A stretch of DNA of 64,000 bases from Candidatus Latescibacterota bacterium (GCA_965200315.1 OZ241362.1:64001-128000); one strand, 5' to 3'; positions 30,301 through 40,434 are shown, counted from the stretch's first letter. Translations and numbers: made by a program. The notes: generated from the letters alone by a model not told the origin.

Positions 30301-30576
30301 GTTGAGTCTAGAACTACAACCCCCTAGGCTTTCGATCCCCAAGGTTACATAGGTATCCTCTCCAACGGTTTCGACCGAGGTGGTACTCGGGTCGCCAGCG
30401 TAATTTTGGGCTGTTACCTCGATATTGGTCTCACCAGCATCCTCGCGTACGAGGACAAAGTTACTAGGGTAGTACTCGCGGTTCAGCGTTAGCTTGATGG
30501 CCGCTGCTGCCTCACCAGCCCATCCCAACACTCCACTAGCGGCCATCAGCCGCAGTAACCACTGCGTGCGAATCAT
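27340..30576 (-). CDS. Large secreted/surface protein with Calx-beta/Ig-like repeats and a FlgD-like C-terminal domain
   Basis: Signal peptide, repeats of (S..)lrEd.G.T.I.V.A.L and AVRDVDY, two putative Ig units (LPAGLxFD..TRIIAGTP), and C-terminal NYPNPFNPTTTI...GIYFYRL...KMLLLK. RBS AGGAGG. Confidence 0.85.
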   Translation of the reverse strand: MIRTQWLLRLMAASGVLGWAGEAAAAIKLTLNREYYPSNFVLVREDAGETNIEVTAQNYAGDPSTTSVETVGEDTYVTLGIESLGGCSSRLNSRYRITLPTLIILAGKSEATGALTFIPIDDELKGNDTHDEGEGTCDDSPENNPGDGDDLVLQITGNAGAHEVTTGPRLHLADDDKASTNISLSVSESALSKEAGATDIVVRAELNGKVLTTPLTFHLGIQTAPNHAVRDVDYAATNLGRITIPKNKASGQTTITITPKAQGTGIIRLVGRSSSHPNIAIGHQQIELKEPPAAIIKGLTARPSLIREDQGPTNIELTVELQDALAADSEVLFTLVSNGDDLSGNDALNAFFSDAEPAVRDVHYTATIGGLTIRQGETVGTTTLTLTPIDNERVNSAKAFELTAKVGTTHLLTGIKITDDETTSENITLAVSHNELREDAGETEIAVTATLDGKVLAQDVTVVLLLDDSDAATALYAIDFTALLRSVTIPAGQAQGVQTISITPNDDGIEDADEKIILKALKNPQSDDRKEIAVSTATITLKDTGPRADASPTGDTTPAFVENQSDISATVGKAMRPLELPPATGDGNLTYSVSNALPAGLSFDRATRIIAGTPTAVGTATITYTVIDGDATKPESAVILFKIAIYEAPPPVVAVASVASTHSSLRENGETTAIILTATLAAAAPAAETIRFTIVAPTQGPAAVRDVDYSATLAGPVSIAAGATQATTTLRLTPFDNDKVDGHTFLGVQATASGGSAQTDIKIADDETTSTSIALSVHPHIVREGTGPTTITVTATLDGKALAQDATATLSIDAASAAQRDLDYSALFDPLLVIPAGSIAGEISLSINPIDDDEDEGNETITLNGAIEGLAGGSTTITLTDAAIPLAAPAATLPLAFAEGTSVATQRYTAGTQIAALELPAASGGAGDATYRVSGLPAGLAFDAATRIIAGTPEVATAGPVEITYTATDGDGAIAALTFSIVVNPPLAFESHNYPNPFNPTTTIKYALPTAMDVKLTVYNVVGQAVRTLVAKHQNTGHYRVEWDATDDSGHSVSAGIYFYRLQAGETFLAVEKMLLLK

Positions 30577-31263
30577 TACTCAACCTCCTTCTTTCTTAGG
30601 GAACGCATCCCTGATTGTGAAAGTGAAAATTTTAACAGGAGGACGATCTCGTCCGCCCTTGGCACACGGAGGCGGCCAAGGCATACGGCACCGCGAAAAT
30701 AGAGCCGTACAGACCGCTAGCGCCCGGCAGCAAGTGGAGTGCGAAGGTGATCGGCGATCCCTTGGTGTAATCCGAGAGATCGCGGCCTAACGAAGGAGGA
30801 AGTAGGAGGGGGTACGTGTTTGTTTTTAAGGAAACTTACGGTGTATTGACGGGAAGTCTTGGAACTGGAAGGGGATGTAGCCACAGCAGGGGGCTACTTC
30901 ATGCTTAGATGGTGGTTACTATCTTCCCGGTTATTCCTGCGACGGGCGGAAACTCCGTTGCGGTATTAATCCGAAAAGAGTAGTGAAAAGGTAAAGGCGT
31001 TGTCAAGAAGGTTGCCGAGAAAAGTGTTGGGGGTAGTATACAATCCTTTCGACGGTCAGTGTCGGCGTGCCCTCCCTAGGCGAACCGGTGCTGGAATTTT
31101 ATCCCTCCGGCATTTCTCATTTTTAGAAGGTCCCGAATCCCCCCTAGATGCCAAGTTGGGCGGCCCCCTCCAAAGGCGTTGGCTGAAAGGGGGCAAGTTG
31201 ACAGCCTGAGCAGGTGCGCTCTTATTTGCGCGCTGTTAACCAACAGCCAAAGGAGCCTGAGAA

Positions 31264-31815
31264 ATGCCGGATGTTATCGTCGTCGGAGATGGGCCGGGTG
31301 GACTGAGTGCCGCACTCTTTCTCGCCAAAAACGACATGAGCGTCACCGTCTTTGGCCAAGACAAAACGCTCATGCACAAGGCCATGCTGTACAATTATTT
31401 GGGCATTCCCGAAATTGCCGGACCCGAGTTCCAGCAAATCGGCCGCGAGCAGGTACGCGGCTTTGGCGGGGAGATTCAGGACGTCGAAATCAGCCGCGTC
31501 GAAAAGGGCGAAGGGGGGTTTGTCGTCGAGACCGCCGATGGCCAAAGCCACCCAGCCCAATATCTGATCTTGGCCACCGGGCCGAGCAACCCGCTGGCCG
31601 AAAGCTTGGGCGTGGCCAAAGAAGCCGATGGGTTGGCGGCCGACCGCCATGGCCGCACCGCGGTCGCCGGGCTATACGTCCTTGGCTGGAGCACCCGCCT
31701 GAAGAAGATCCAAGCCATTATCTCCGCTGGCGACGGGGCCTGTGCCGCGCTGGACATCCTCTCGGCCAAGGCCGGCGAGGACATCCACGACTTCGATCTA
31801 ATCGAAAACGAGTAG
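31264..31815 (+). CDS. Short FAD-dependent (thioredoxin reductase-like) oxidoreductase
   Basis: VVGDGPGGLSAA, NYLG, ILATG and QAIISAGDG motifs. No CxxC or NADPH domain. Confidence 0.8.
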   Translation: MPDVIVVGDGPGGLSAALFLAKNDMSVTVFGQDKTLMHKAMLYNYLGIPEIAGPEFQQIGREQVRGFGGEIQDVEISRVEKGEGGFVVETADGQSHPAQYLILATGPSNPLAESLGVAKEADGLAADRHGRTAVAGLYVLGWSTRLKKIQAIISAGDGACAALDILSAKAGEDIHDFDLIENE

Positions 31816-31816
31816 C

Positions 31817-32779
31817 CTAAAGCGCGACGACGCGCCCTTCTATGGCGGATTGGGTGGCCGCGAGGGTTACGGCTAAGGTTTTGACCGCCTCGGCGTAGTT
31901 GCAGCGGATGCCCGCAGCATCGCCGGTTTGCACGGCTTGGAGAAAGGCGCGATCCTCGGCTTGCGTTGGGTTGTTGCTCTGTTCGACTACTTCGCGGCCG
32001 CTGGGGCGGTCGATGGTGAGCGCACCGGATGCGATGCGCAGGGCTTGGTTTTTCTGGTAGAGGTCCAAGCCCATGTGCCCGCCCGCGGAGAGCATACAGG
32101 CCGAGGTGATGCTGGCCACCGCGCCACTTTGGAAGCGGAGATTGGTGACAGAAGCGTCGTGGACATCGTAGTTGGGGACGTCTTCCATCAGGCCGGTGCG
32201 CGCCATGGCGTGGACGCTTTCCACCTCGCCGAGCAGGTAGCGGGCCAAATCGAAGATGTGCGTGGTTTGTTCGACGATCTGGCCGCCGCTTTCGGCTAGT
32301 ACCCGCCACCAAGACACCCCGGGCATGCCGCCGGTCCAAGCGCCAAGGGCAAACCCCACCGGCTCGTCGCCGAGGTATTCGATTGCCTTGGCGGTCGTAT
32401 CCATGTAGCGCCAGTGATAGCCTACGGCACTGGTCAGTTTTTGGGCACGGATGGCCGCTGCAACGGCGTGGGCTTGTTCGAGGGAAGTCGCCACGGGTTT
32501 TTCGACGAAAATGGGCAAGCCGCGCTCAATGGCCGCCAGCTCAGGCTGGGCGTGAGCAAAAGGCGGCAGGCAGATATAGACCGCGTCGAGTGCTTCGCTG
32601 TCGTACAGGGCTTCGTAGTGGCTATAAGCCCTGCCGCCGTACTCGCTGGCCGCGGCGAGCGCCTTTTCTTCGACTACGTCGCAAAAGGCCACCAGCTCGG
32701 CCTCGTCGAGCTGGGCGAGGGTGCGCAGGTGATGGTTGGCGATACCGCCAGTGCCGACAAAGCCAATTTTTATCGTCAT
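31817..32779 (-). CDS. Gfo/Idh/MocA family oxidoreductase
   Basis: GFVGTGGIA, EKP and GGQIVEQTTH motifs. Confidence 0.9.
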   Translation of the reverse strand: MTIKIGFVGTGGIANHHLRTLAQLDEAELVAFCDVVEEKALAAASEYGGRAYSHYEALYDSEALDAVYICLPPFAHAQPELAAIERGLPIFVEKPVATSLEQAHAVAAAIRAQKLTSAVGYHWRYMDTTAKAIEYLGDEPVGFALGAWTGGMPGVSWWRVLAESGGQIVEQTTHIFDLARYLLGEVESVHAMARTGLMEDVPNYDVHDASVTNLRFQSGAVASITSACMLSAGGHMGLDLYQKNQALRIASGALTIDRPSGREVVEQSNNPTQAEDRAFLQAVQTGDAAGIRCNYAEAVKTLAVTLAATQSAIEGRVVAL

Positions 32780-32834
32780 GGAAAATTTGGTTCGTGGTTA
32801 GAGGTTTGTTCTTAGAATAATAGACGATACGAAA

Positions 32835-33575
32835 ATGAATACAACTCAAAAAGGCCAGCTCAGCGACTACAAGGTCCACTACAAGGCCGATGCTGAGGCG
32901 ATTGTCGATCCTCAAGCATTGGACCCGCAGCGTCGAGCCTCGGAAGAGCGGCGGCTGGAGACACTCGTGCGCCTCCTCGACTTGCACAGTGGCGAACGCG
33001 TCCTCGACGTCGGGTGTGGATCGGGTTGGCTAGGGGCGCACTGCCATCGTCGGGGGGCCCTAGTCTGCGCTGTGGACATCGGCTGGGTCGGGGTGGCCGG
33101 TGCCAAGGCCCGCTTTGCGGAAGCAGCCTATCAGGTCAGCGATTTGTACTATCTTCCCTTTGCGGCCGAGTGTTTCGACTCGGTAGTGCTTTCCGAAGTA
33201 GTCGAACATCTCGAAGACATTGACGCGGCCCTAGCCGAAGCGCGGCGGGTGTTGCGCCCGAGGGGGCGGCTGGTGGTGAGTGTGCCGTACCGCGAGACCA
33301 TTGTCGAGCACCTGTGTATCCACTGCAATAGACTAACGCCAGCCAACGCGCATCTCCACCGCTTTGATGAGGAGACGCTCGCCGCCTATCTCCAAGGCCA
33401 AGGCTTTGAAATACGCGCGGTGCGGTTGACGACCAACAAACTGCTGGAGTTGGCGGGATTTCCCCGCTTGAGTGCTGGCTGGCCTTATGCAGCTTGGCGC
33501 TTGGCCGACGCGCTCTTAAACAAAATTGTGCCCAAACCGGCCTTCCTTTGCATGTTGGGTATCCGTGACGCCTGA
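32835..33575 (+). CDS. Class I SAM-dependent methyltransferase
   Basis: VLDVGCGSG, LPF...FDSV..SEVVEH and LRPRG motifs, plus a CxxC. Confidence 0.88.
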   Translation: MNTTQKGQLSDYKVHYKADAEAIVDPQALDPQRRASEERRLETLVRLLDLHSGERVLDVGCGSGWLGAHCHRRGALVCAVDIGWVGVAGAKARFAEAAYQVSDLYYLPFAAECFDSVVLSEVVEHLEDIDAALAEARRVLRPRGRLVVSVPYRETIVEHLCIHCNRLTPANAHLHRFDEETLAAYLQGQGFEIRAVRLTTNKLLELAGFPRLSAGWPYAAWRLADALLNKIVPKPAFLCMLGIRDA

Positions 33576-33751
33576 GCCGTGGGGAGGGCGAGGAGCCGTC
33601 GCCATTGTGTTCTGACGGCATAGCAAGTCATTCCAGCCGCGTGGCCAGCCATTGCCGGCGATCTGTGCCATAGACGCATCTTGGCTGGGGCCGACAGGGT
33701 TTTATAAAAAATTCAATTATAGGCGGCGCGGTCGCTGTCAAGCTGAGTCCT

Positions 33752-35257
33752 ATGGCTGGACCGAATCGACAGGATAGAGGGGGCCGACTTACGCGCAAGA
33801 TCGGCGTTGTGGCCGCAGGGCGTGCGGCCACAACCGCCAGCATCCTAGCCGTCTATGCGCTGGTCGCCCGCGCTTGGACGCCGGAAGAATGCGGGCTTTT
33901 TGGCGCGGTCTGGCTTGTAGGCAATGCGCTGATCCCGGTGTTTTTGTTTGGGCTGCCTACGAGCTTACTCTACTTCTTTCCCCGGCGGGGCGAGCCGCGC
34001 TTGCTCGTCGGCCAAGTGATGCTGTGCTTGGCTGCGTTGGGTTTGGCACTGGCCGGGAGCCTGTGGTTGTGGGGGGGGCAGTTAGCCGATGTATTGGTGC
34101 AAGCAGCCAGCGATGGCGAGCAGGTTGCCGCGTACCTGCTGTTGTTCTTGCCCTATCTTTTTGCGGCGGTCGCCGCCGGTGGGGCCGAAGCGGCCTTGGT
34201 GGCTGCCGACCGCGAGCACCATTTGGCTTGGCTGCAACTGGCTATGAGTGGCGCATTAGTTGGGGGTGCAGGGGGTGCTCTGGGGCTAGATTGGACGACC
34301 GCGCAGGTGCTTGTGCTGTTTTCTGGGTTGGGCGTGTTGCGCTTGCTCGCCATCTGCTGGCTAGTGCGCTTGGCATTGGCGGATGGGCGATGGTGGGGGA
34401 GGGAAGGGTTCGGTGAGCTGATGCGCTATGCGCGCCCGGTTGGCTTCAACGACGCGATAAACAGCCTCTCGCGCTACGTCGATCGCTTTGTGATCCTACA
34501 CTTTTTCGCGGCCGGCACTTTTGCCGAATACCACTTCGGGGCCATTGAGGTGCCGATTAGTCTGCTGCTGTCGGCGGTGACATCCGTGTTGATCCCAGAG
34601 ATCAGTCGGCTCTTTCAGGCGGACCGGCTCGATGAGATACTGGCGCTGTGGCAGCGTGCGGTTTCGCGTTTGGCCGTGTTGGTGTTGCCGCTGGCGGCCT
34701 TCCTGCTCGCTTTCGCCGGACCGCTGATTGGCTGGCTCTTTCCAGAATACGACCGCTCGGCTTGGGTCTTCCGCATCTATCTATTGGTGCTGCCGCTGCG
34801 CTGTGCCGCGTACAATCCGCTGCTGGTGGGCATGGGCAAGGCCCGCTGGGCGCTGTGGAGTAGCGTGGGGGACTTGTGCTGCAATATCGGCTTGAGCTTG
34901 GCGCTGATTAGCTACTTGCAGGTGGCGCACCCTGAGTGGGCTTTCCTCGGCCCGGCTGTGGCCACCACAGTGGCGACGTACTTGCAGGTGGCTTTCTTGT
35001 TGGCGGCTATTGGCTGGCACTTGCGCTGTGGCTTGCACCAACTCCTGCCGTGGGGCCGCTTACTGCGGATCGGCGTCGGTGTCGGAGCAGCCGCTGTGGT
35101 TTGCCGTTGGGTTAGCGCGGACGTGGGAGGCGACTTTTTGCAGGTATTTGTAGGGGGGATGTGCTTTGTGGTGCTGGTGGCCGGCTTGACTTGGGCCCAC
35201 CCGCAAGACCGGGCGGAACTGGCTCACACTTGGCGGGCGTTGACGCGGATGCGTTAG
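33752..35257 (+). CDS. Oligosaccharide flippase (Wzx/MOP superfamily)
   Basis: About 500 aa polytopic membrane protein with YARP...YVDRFVI...Y and IPEISRL patterns. Start uncertain. Confidence 0.75.
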   Translation: MAGPNRQDRGGRLTRKIGVVAAGRAATTASILAVYALVARAWTPEECGLFGAVWLVGNALIPVFLFGLPTSLLYFFPRRGEPRLLVGQVMLCLAALGLALAGSLWLWGGQLADVLVQAASDGEQVAAYLLLFLPYLFAAVAAGGAEAALVAADREHHLAWLQLAMSGALVGGAGGALGLDWTTAQVLVLFSGLGVLRLLAICWLVRLALADGRWWGREGFGELMRYARPVGFNDAINSLSRYVDRFVILHFFAAGTFAEYHFGAIEVPISLLLSAVTSVLIPEISRLFQADRLDEILALWQRAVSRLAVLVLPLAAFLLAFAGPLIGWLFPEYDRSAWVFRIYLLVLPLRCAAYNPLLVGMGKARWALWSSVGDLCCNIGLSLALISYLQVAHPEWAFLGPAVATTVATYLQVAFLLAAIGWHLRCGLHQLLPWGRLLRIGVGVGAAAVVCRWVSADVGGDFLQVFVGGMCFVVLVAGLTWAHPQDRAELAHTWRALTRMR

Positions 35258-35541
35258 TCGCTGAGGAGGGCCTTGGCGATTTCCTCCCACTCTTCGGGTA
35301 GCGACGCCTCGCTATGGGGCTTTTGCGCCCGCCGGTACCAATAGCCGGCGTTGCTTTCGTCGCCTTCGACCCGGTGTAAATAAGCGTGGACCCAAGCCCC
35401 AATGGGGTCGGGCGTTTGCTGGGCTAGCTCGTGGGCTTTGTCCCACTGGTCCTTGGCTTCGTACCAGAGGGCTTGCAGGGCTTGGGAGGTCTCCGGCGGG
35501 GTTTGTTCTTGCAGGCTCAATTTGAAGGCTTTGAGGTCCAT
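35254..35541 (-). CDS. Conserved hypothetical protein
   Basis: ALW...WDKAHELAQ...AWVHAYLHRVEGD..NAGYWYRRA is a recognisable conserved small family. RBS GGGGAG. Confidence 0.8.
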   Translation of the reverse strand: MDLKAFKLSLQEQTPPETSQALQALWYEAKDQWDKAHELAQQTPDPIGAWVHAYLHRVEGDESNAGYWYRRAQKPHSEASLPEEWEEIAKALLSD

Positions 35542-35693
35542 GATGGTCGGCTCCCCTCGTCGTTCGTGTGTGCCCTTAATATAGGCTATCTCAGTGCGCG
35601 CTATCCACTAGGGTGCCCACCTTGCCAAAAAAGTGCGTCGCCCTCTATATTTGGAGGCTTTAACTTGATGCGAAACAAGGAATTGGGCAAAAC

Positions 35694-36986
35694 ATGTCAG
35701 TAGGAATGGGATTGATTGGTTTGGGCACGGTCGGCAGCGGTGTGGTTGAGCTGTTGCAGGATGCGCCCGCGTCGCTGCGGCGGCGCAAGCACGTAGATTT
35801 TGCGTTGCGGCGCGTGGCCGTGCGCGACTTGGACAAGCCGCGCAACCCCGCCATCGCACCGGAATTGTTGACGGCGGACGCCAGCGAGGTCGTAGCCGAC
35901 CCGGAGGTGCAACTAGTGGTGGAACTAACCGGTGCGCCCCCGGCCTTTGAGTGGGTGAGCGAGGCCCTGCGGCAGGGCAAGGATGTGGTGACGGCCAACA
36001 AGGCCCTGCTCGCCGAGCGGGGCGAGGAGCTTTTTGAACTGGCGCTAGCCAATGGAGCGGATTTGATGTTTGAAGCGAGTGTCGCGGCCGGCATCCCCAT
36101 CATCCGCTCGTTGCGCAACGGCTTGGTGGCCAATCGCGTCGAGTCCCTGTACGGCATCCTCAACGGCACCACCAACTACATGCTCACGCGCATGAGTCGC
36201 GGCGCGGGCGACTACGCCGCCGTCCTCAAAGAAGCCCAAGACCAAGGCTACGCCGAGCCAGACCCGACCATGGACGTGAGTGGCATGGACGCCGCGCAAA
36301 AGTTGGCCATCCTCTGCCGCATCGCCTTTCACTGCACGGGCACGGGCCGCGACGTATTTTGCGAGGGCATTGAGCAGATCGAGAGCTGGGACATTGAATA
36401 CGCCCGCGAGTTGGGGTATGCGATCAAGTTGCTGGCTATTGCCAAGCAACAGGACGGGCGCGTCGAGGCCCGGGTGCATCCGGCCATGGTGCCCGAGGAC
36501 GCGCTGTTGGCCAACATCCACGACGAATTCAACGCCATTCAGGTGCAGGGGTCTGCGGTGGGGCCGCAAGTGTTTTCCGGTCGCGGCGCTGGGCGACTGC
36601 CCACGGCGAGCGCGGTGGTGGCGGATATGGTCGAGCTAGTCGAGCGCAAGGCCGCCGGCGCTAGCACTTCCATCGGCGACATGATCTTAGGCGAGGACGC
36701 GGTCTCAGTCGTGCCTATTGAGGCCGTGCAGATGCGCTACTTCATGCGCGTCTTAGTCCGCGATCAGCCCGGAGTGCTCGCGGGGATCGCGCGCATCTTG
36801 GCCGAGGAGCGCATCAGCATTGCCTCAGTCATCCAAAAGGAGCGCGACTTCGAGGGTGGATCGGTGCCGCTGGTGATCGTCACCCACGAGGCGCGCGAAG
36901 CCGCAATGCAGCGAGCGCAGCAGGCCGTGGCCACACTCGATGCCGTGCAAGGGGCGGTCAAGCTCATCCGCATGGAGGATCTCTAG
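35694..36986 (+). CDS. hom: Homoserine dehydrogenase
   Basis: GLGTVGSG, VTANKA, FEASVAAGIP, NGTTN, GYAEPDP and a C-terminal ACT domain. Confidence 0.96.
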   Translation: MSVGMGLIGLGTVGSGVVELLQDAPASLRRRKHVDFALRRVAVRDLDKPRNPAIAPELLTADASEVVADPEVQLVVELTGAPPAFEWVSEALRQGKDVVTANKALLAERGEELFELALANGADLMFEASVAAGIPIIRSLRNGLVANRVESLYGILNGTTNYMLTRMSRGAGDYAAVLKEAQDQGYAEPDPTMDVSGMDAAQKLAILCRIAFHCTGTGRDVFCEGIEQIESWDIEYARELGYAIKLLAIAKQQDGRVEARVHPAMVPEDALLANIHDEFNAIQVQGSAVGPQVFSGRGAGRLPTASAVVADMVELVERKAAGASTSIGDMILGEDAVSVVPIEAVQMRYFMRVLVRDQPGVLAGIARILAEERISIASVIQKERDFEGGSVPLVIVTHEAREAAMQRAQQAVATLDAVQGAVKLIRMEDL

Positions 36987-36987
36987 C

Positions 36988-38178
36988 GTGCGCTACGTCG
37001 TGTTAGTGCCCGATGGAGCGGCCGACTATCCACTCGACGAACTGGGCGGGCAGACGCCGTTGGAGGCGGCCGCTACGCCCTGCATGGATCGCTTGGCCCG
37101 CGAGGGGGCCGGGGGATTGGTGCAGATGATTCCCGCCGCGCGGCATCCGGGCAGCGACATCGGCAACCTCGAAATTTTCGGCTACGACAGCCGGGTTCAC
37201 TACACGGGCCGTGCGCCGTTGGAAGCCGCGAGTATGGGCGTCGAGTTGGGCGACGACGAGGTGGCCTTCCGCCTGAACCTGATCTACGCAGAGGGCGACG
37301 TGCTGGTCGATTACAGCGCCGGCCACATCGCTAGCGCAGAAGCCGCCGAGTTGGTAGAGGCCTTGGCCGCCGAACTAGGGGGATCATCTTTGCGCTTCTA
37401 TCCCGGGGTGGGCTATCGCCACTTGCTGGTGTGGGAGCGCGGCCCGGAAGAAGTGACAACCTACCCGCCGCACGACATCATGGGCGAATCCATGGCCGCG
37501 CATGAGCCTACGGGTGAAGGGGCTGAGAAAATCCGCGCCCTCATGGACGCGGCCGGCCCCATTCTCTCAGCCGCGCCAGTCAATGCAGCCCGCTCGGCTC
37601 GCCGGGAGCGGCCGGCCAACGCGATATGGCTTTGGGGCTCCGGGCGGGCGCTGCGGTTGACGCCCTTGTCGGAGCGCTACCGATTGCAAGGCGGCGTCAT
37701 CTCGGCCGTTGACTTGGTGCGCGGAATCGGCAAGAGCGCGGGCTTGGAGGTCATAGACGTGCCCGGTATTACCGGGTATCTCGACACTAACTACGAGGGC
37801 AAGGCCGAATACGCGCTGGCGGCCTTGCAACGCGCCGATTTTGTCTATGTCCACGTCGAGGCCCCGGACGAAGCCGGGCACAACGGCGATCCGCAGGCCA
37901 AGGTGCAGGCCATTGAGGATTTCGACGCCCGCGTCGTCGGCCCGATTTTGGCGGGGCTAGCGTCAATGGGGCCGCATCGGGTGCTACTCACTCCCGACCA
38001 CCGCACACCCATTGTGCGGCGCACCCACAGCCGCGAGCCAGTGCCCTTCGTGCTATGGGGGACGGGGATTGAGGCTGACTCGATGCAAGCTTATGGAGAG
38101 CGGGCGGCCGAGTGGGGCAGTATGCAGGTAGAGCATGGACATGTATTGATGGATTATCTCACGGAGAGGCGCAGGTGA
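36988..38178 (+). CDS. apgM: Cofactor-independent phosphoglycerate mutase family protein (ApgM-like; proposed homoserine kinase type)
   Basis: GTG start, DGAAD..TPLE, PGSD, HVEAPDEAGH and PDHRTP..H..EPVP. Located between hom and asd. Confidence 0.88.
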   Translation: MRYVVLVPDGAADYPLDELGGQTPLEAAATPCMDRLAREGAGGLVQMIPAARHPGSDIGNLEIFGYDSRVHYTGRAPLEAASMGVELGDDEVAFRLNLIYAEGDVLVDYSAGHIASAEAAELVEALAAELGGSSLRFYPGVGYRHLLVWERGPEEVTTYPPHDIMGESMAAHEPTGEGAEKIRALMDAAGPILSAAPVNAARSARRERPANAIWLWGSGRALRLTPLSERYRLQGGVISAVDLVRGIGKSAGLEVIDVPGITGYLDTNYEGKAEYALAALQRADFVYVHVEAPDEAGHNGDPQAKVQAIEDFDARVVGPILAGLASMGPHRVLLTPDHRTPIVRRTHSREPVPFVLWGTGIEADSMQAYGERAAEWGSMQVEHGHVLMDYLTERRR

Positions 38179-39197
38179 CCGATACGTACAACGTAGCTAT
38201 TATGGGCGCGACTGGTGCCGTAGGACAGGTGCTGTTAGAAATACTCGCCGAGCGCGACTTTCCCATCGGCGAGTTGCGGCTGTTGGCCTCGGCCCGCTCG
38301 GCTGGGCGCGTCGTTTCCTTTGGTGGCCGCTCGATTCAGGTGCAGGAGCTGGGCGAGGATTCCTTTGCCGGCGTGGATATCGTCTTGGCCTCGGCTGGAG
38401 GCAGTTTGAGCAAGCGGTTTAACCCGCATGCGGTGGCTGCGGGCGCGGTGGTCGTTGATAACACGTCGGCCTATCGCATGGCCCCGGACGTGCCGCTGGT
38501 GGTGCCCGAAATTAATCCCGAGGACTTGGCGGCGCATCGCGGCATCATCGCCAATCCAAACTGTTCGACGATCATCATGGATGTGGCGGTCTGGCCGCTC
38601 TATCAGCGGCAGCGGGTCAAGCGCATTGTGGTCTCGACCTATCAGGCCGTCAGTGGCGCAGGGGCGCGAGCCATGCAGGAGTTGGAGACGCAGACGCGAC
38701 AAGTACTCGCCGGGGAAGAGGCTGAGCCGGCTGAATTCCCGCATCCGATCGCCTTTAATTTGTTTTCGCACGATTCGCCTGTCGGGCCGGAGGGGTATTG
38801 CGAAGAAGAGCTGAAAATGGTGCGCGAGACCCGCAAGATGTTCCACGACGACGCGCTACAGATCTCGGCCACGACCATTCGCGTACCCGTGTTGCGGGCG
38901 CATTCCGAGGCGATCAACGTGGAGTTTGCCGAACCCTTTCCTGCGGCTGAGGCCGAGGCTATCTTGGCGCAGGCTGCGGGCGTGCGGATCGTGCATGATC
39001 CTGCGCAGAATTATTTCCCCATGCCGATTGAAGCCTCCGGTTGCGACGAGGTGCTGGTCGGGCGCATTCGCCAGGATATTTCGCGGCCCGACGGCACCGG
39101 GCTAGACTTGTGGGTCAGCGGCGATCAGTTGCGCAAGGGCGCGGCCTTAAACGCCGTGCAAATCGCCGAGGAGCTCATCGTACGCAAGTTGCTGTAG
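38175..39197 (+). CDS. asd: Aspartate-semialdehyde dehydrogenase
   Basis: GATGAVG, PNCST, YQAVSGAG, RVPVLRAHSE and DQLRKGAALNAVQIAE. GTG start overlaps the upstream stop. Confidence 0.96.
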   Translation: MTDTYNVAIMGATGAVGQVLLEILAERDFPIGELRLLASARSAGRVVSFGGRSIQVQELGEDSFAGVDIVLASAGGSLSKRFNPHAVAAGAVVVDNTSAYRMAPDVPLVVPEINPEDLAAHRGIIANPNCSTIIMDVAVWPLYQRQRVKRIVVSTYQAVSGAGARAMQELETQTRQVLAGEEAEPAEFPHPIAFNLFSHDSPVGPEGYCEEELKMVRETRKMFHDDALQISATTIRVPVLRAHSEAINVEFAEPFPAAEAEAILAQAAGVRIVHDPAQNYFPMPIEASGCDEVLVGRIRQDISRPDGTGLDLWVSGDQLRKGAALNAVQIAEELIVRKLL

Positions 39198-39289
39198 GAC
39201 GTGAAAGATTGGCAATTGCATACCGTCCGCCTATCGCACAGCCCTGTATACAAGCGGCTTTTGCTTGGGTGAAAGGAGCGGATTGAAAC

Positions 39290-40099
39290 ATGGATGTCTT
39301 GAGCAGGGAAGAACTGGATTTCTTTGCCGAACAGGGGTACGTCGTTGCGCGGCAGGTAATTGATCGCGATCAAGCTGAGCGCACCGGGCGGGCGGTGTGG
39401 GCGTTTGCGGGCATGGACCCGGACGATCCTAAAACTTGGTATCCAGAAGATCGGCGCGGCATCATGGTCGAGATTTATCACCACCAGACCATGTGGGACA
39501 ACCGCACGGCCCCGCGAGTCCACCGGGCCTTTAGCCAGATTTGGGGCACGGACAAGCTATGGGTCAGCCACGACCGGGCCAGCATCAGTCCGCCGGTTTT
39601 AGACCCAGATGCGCCCGAGCACAATCTGCATTGGGACGCGACCTTGGATAAGCGTCCTTTGCCTTTTGGCGTGCAGGGTGTGCTCTATCTGAACGACACG
39701 CCGGCCGATCAGGGGGCCTTTATTTGTGTGCCGGGGTTCCACCAGCGTTTAGAGGCATGGCTCGACGAGTTGCCGGAGGGGGCCAACCCCCGCGAGCAAG
39801 ACCTGCTGGCCTTGGGATCGCGGCGCATTGGTGCCGAAGCGGGCGACTTGGTCATCTGGCGCACGGCCCTGCCACACACGGCAAGCGTCAATCGCGGCGA
39901 CAGCCCTCGCGTGGCTCAGTACATCACCATGAGTCCGGCCGGCGACGGCGAAGAAGCGCGGCGGTTGCGCACGGACTTTTGGCAGCGGCGGCTGTCCGGG
40001 CTGGGGCGCTATGCCGAGGAACGCGAGCACTACGAGGAGAAGACGGCTGAGTTGACGAGTGTGGGGCGGAAGTTGGCTGGGGTGGATCTTTGGGGGTGA
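39290..40099 (+). CDS. PhyH family dioxygenase
   Basis: FAEQGYVV, LHWD, FICVPGFH and GDLVIW...PH motifs. Confidence 0.85.
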   Translation: MDVLSREELDFFAEQGYVVARQVIDRDQAERTGRAVWAFAGMDPDDPKTWYPEDRRGIMVEIYHHQTMWDNRTAPRVHRAFSQIWGTDKLWVSHDRASISPPVLDPDAPEHNLHWDATLDKRPLPFGVQGVLYLNDTPADQGAFICVPGFHQRLEAWLDELPEGANPREQDLLALGSRRIGAEAGDLVIWRTALPHTASVNRGDSPRVAQYITMSPAGDGEEARRLRTDFWQRRLSGLGRYAEEREHYEEKTAELTSVGRKLAGVDLWG

Positions 40100-40434
40100 G
40101 CGAGGAAAAAGCGCAACTACGACTTGCCGCGGCTTTTTAGCATCAAGGTCATGGCCACTAGGGCCGCAATTAAGCCTTTAGCGATGGCACATAGGTCAAA
40201 AAGAACGATACTCCGATGGCAAGAACGATGATCCATGTTGCTAGACGTAGGCGATGAATAGGTTGGGGCAGGTTGCGCCTGAAGAGGGAAGGAATGCCGT
40301 CAAAAGCTAGGTCTAAGAGAAGGTACATGAGCGTCTCTTAGTGTTCTAGCTGGCGTGTGTGTCTGCTGTGCGTTCTTGCAAGAAGCGGGCCGGGCGATCG
40401 TCGTACCCAACAAAACAGCGATTCAACTATTCCT

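Noticed and set aside
40117-40329. Small minus-strand membrane protein (MYLLLDLAFDG...)
   Set aside because: It is short, needs a frameshift to extend, and has no recognisable family.
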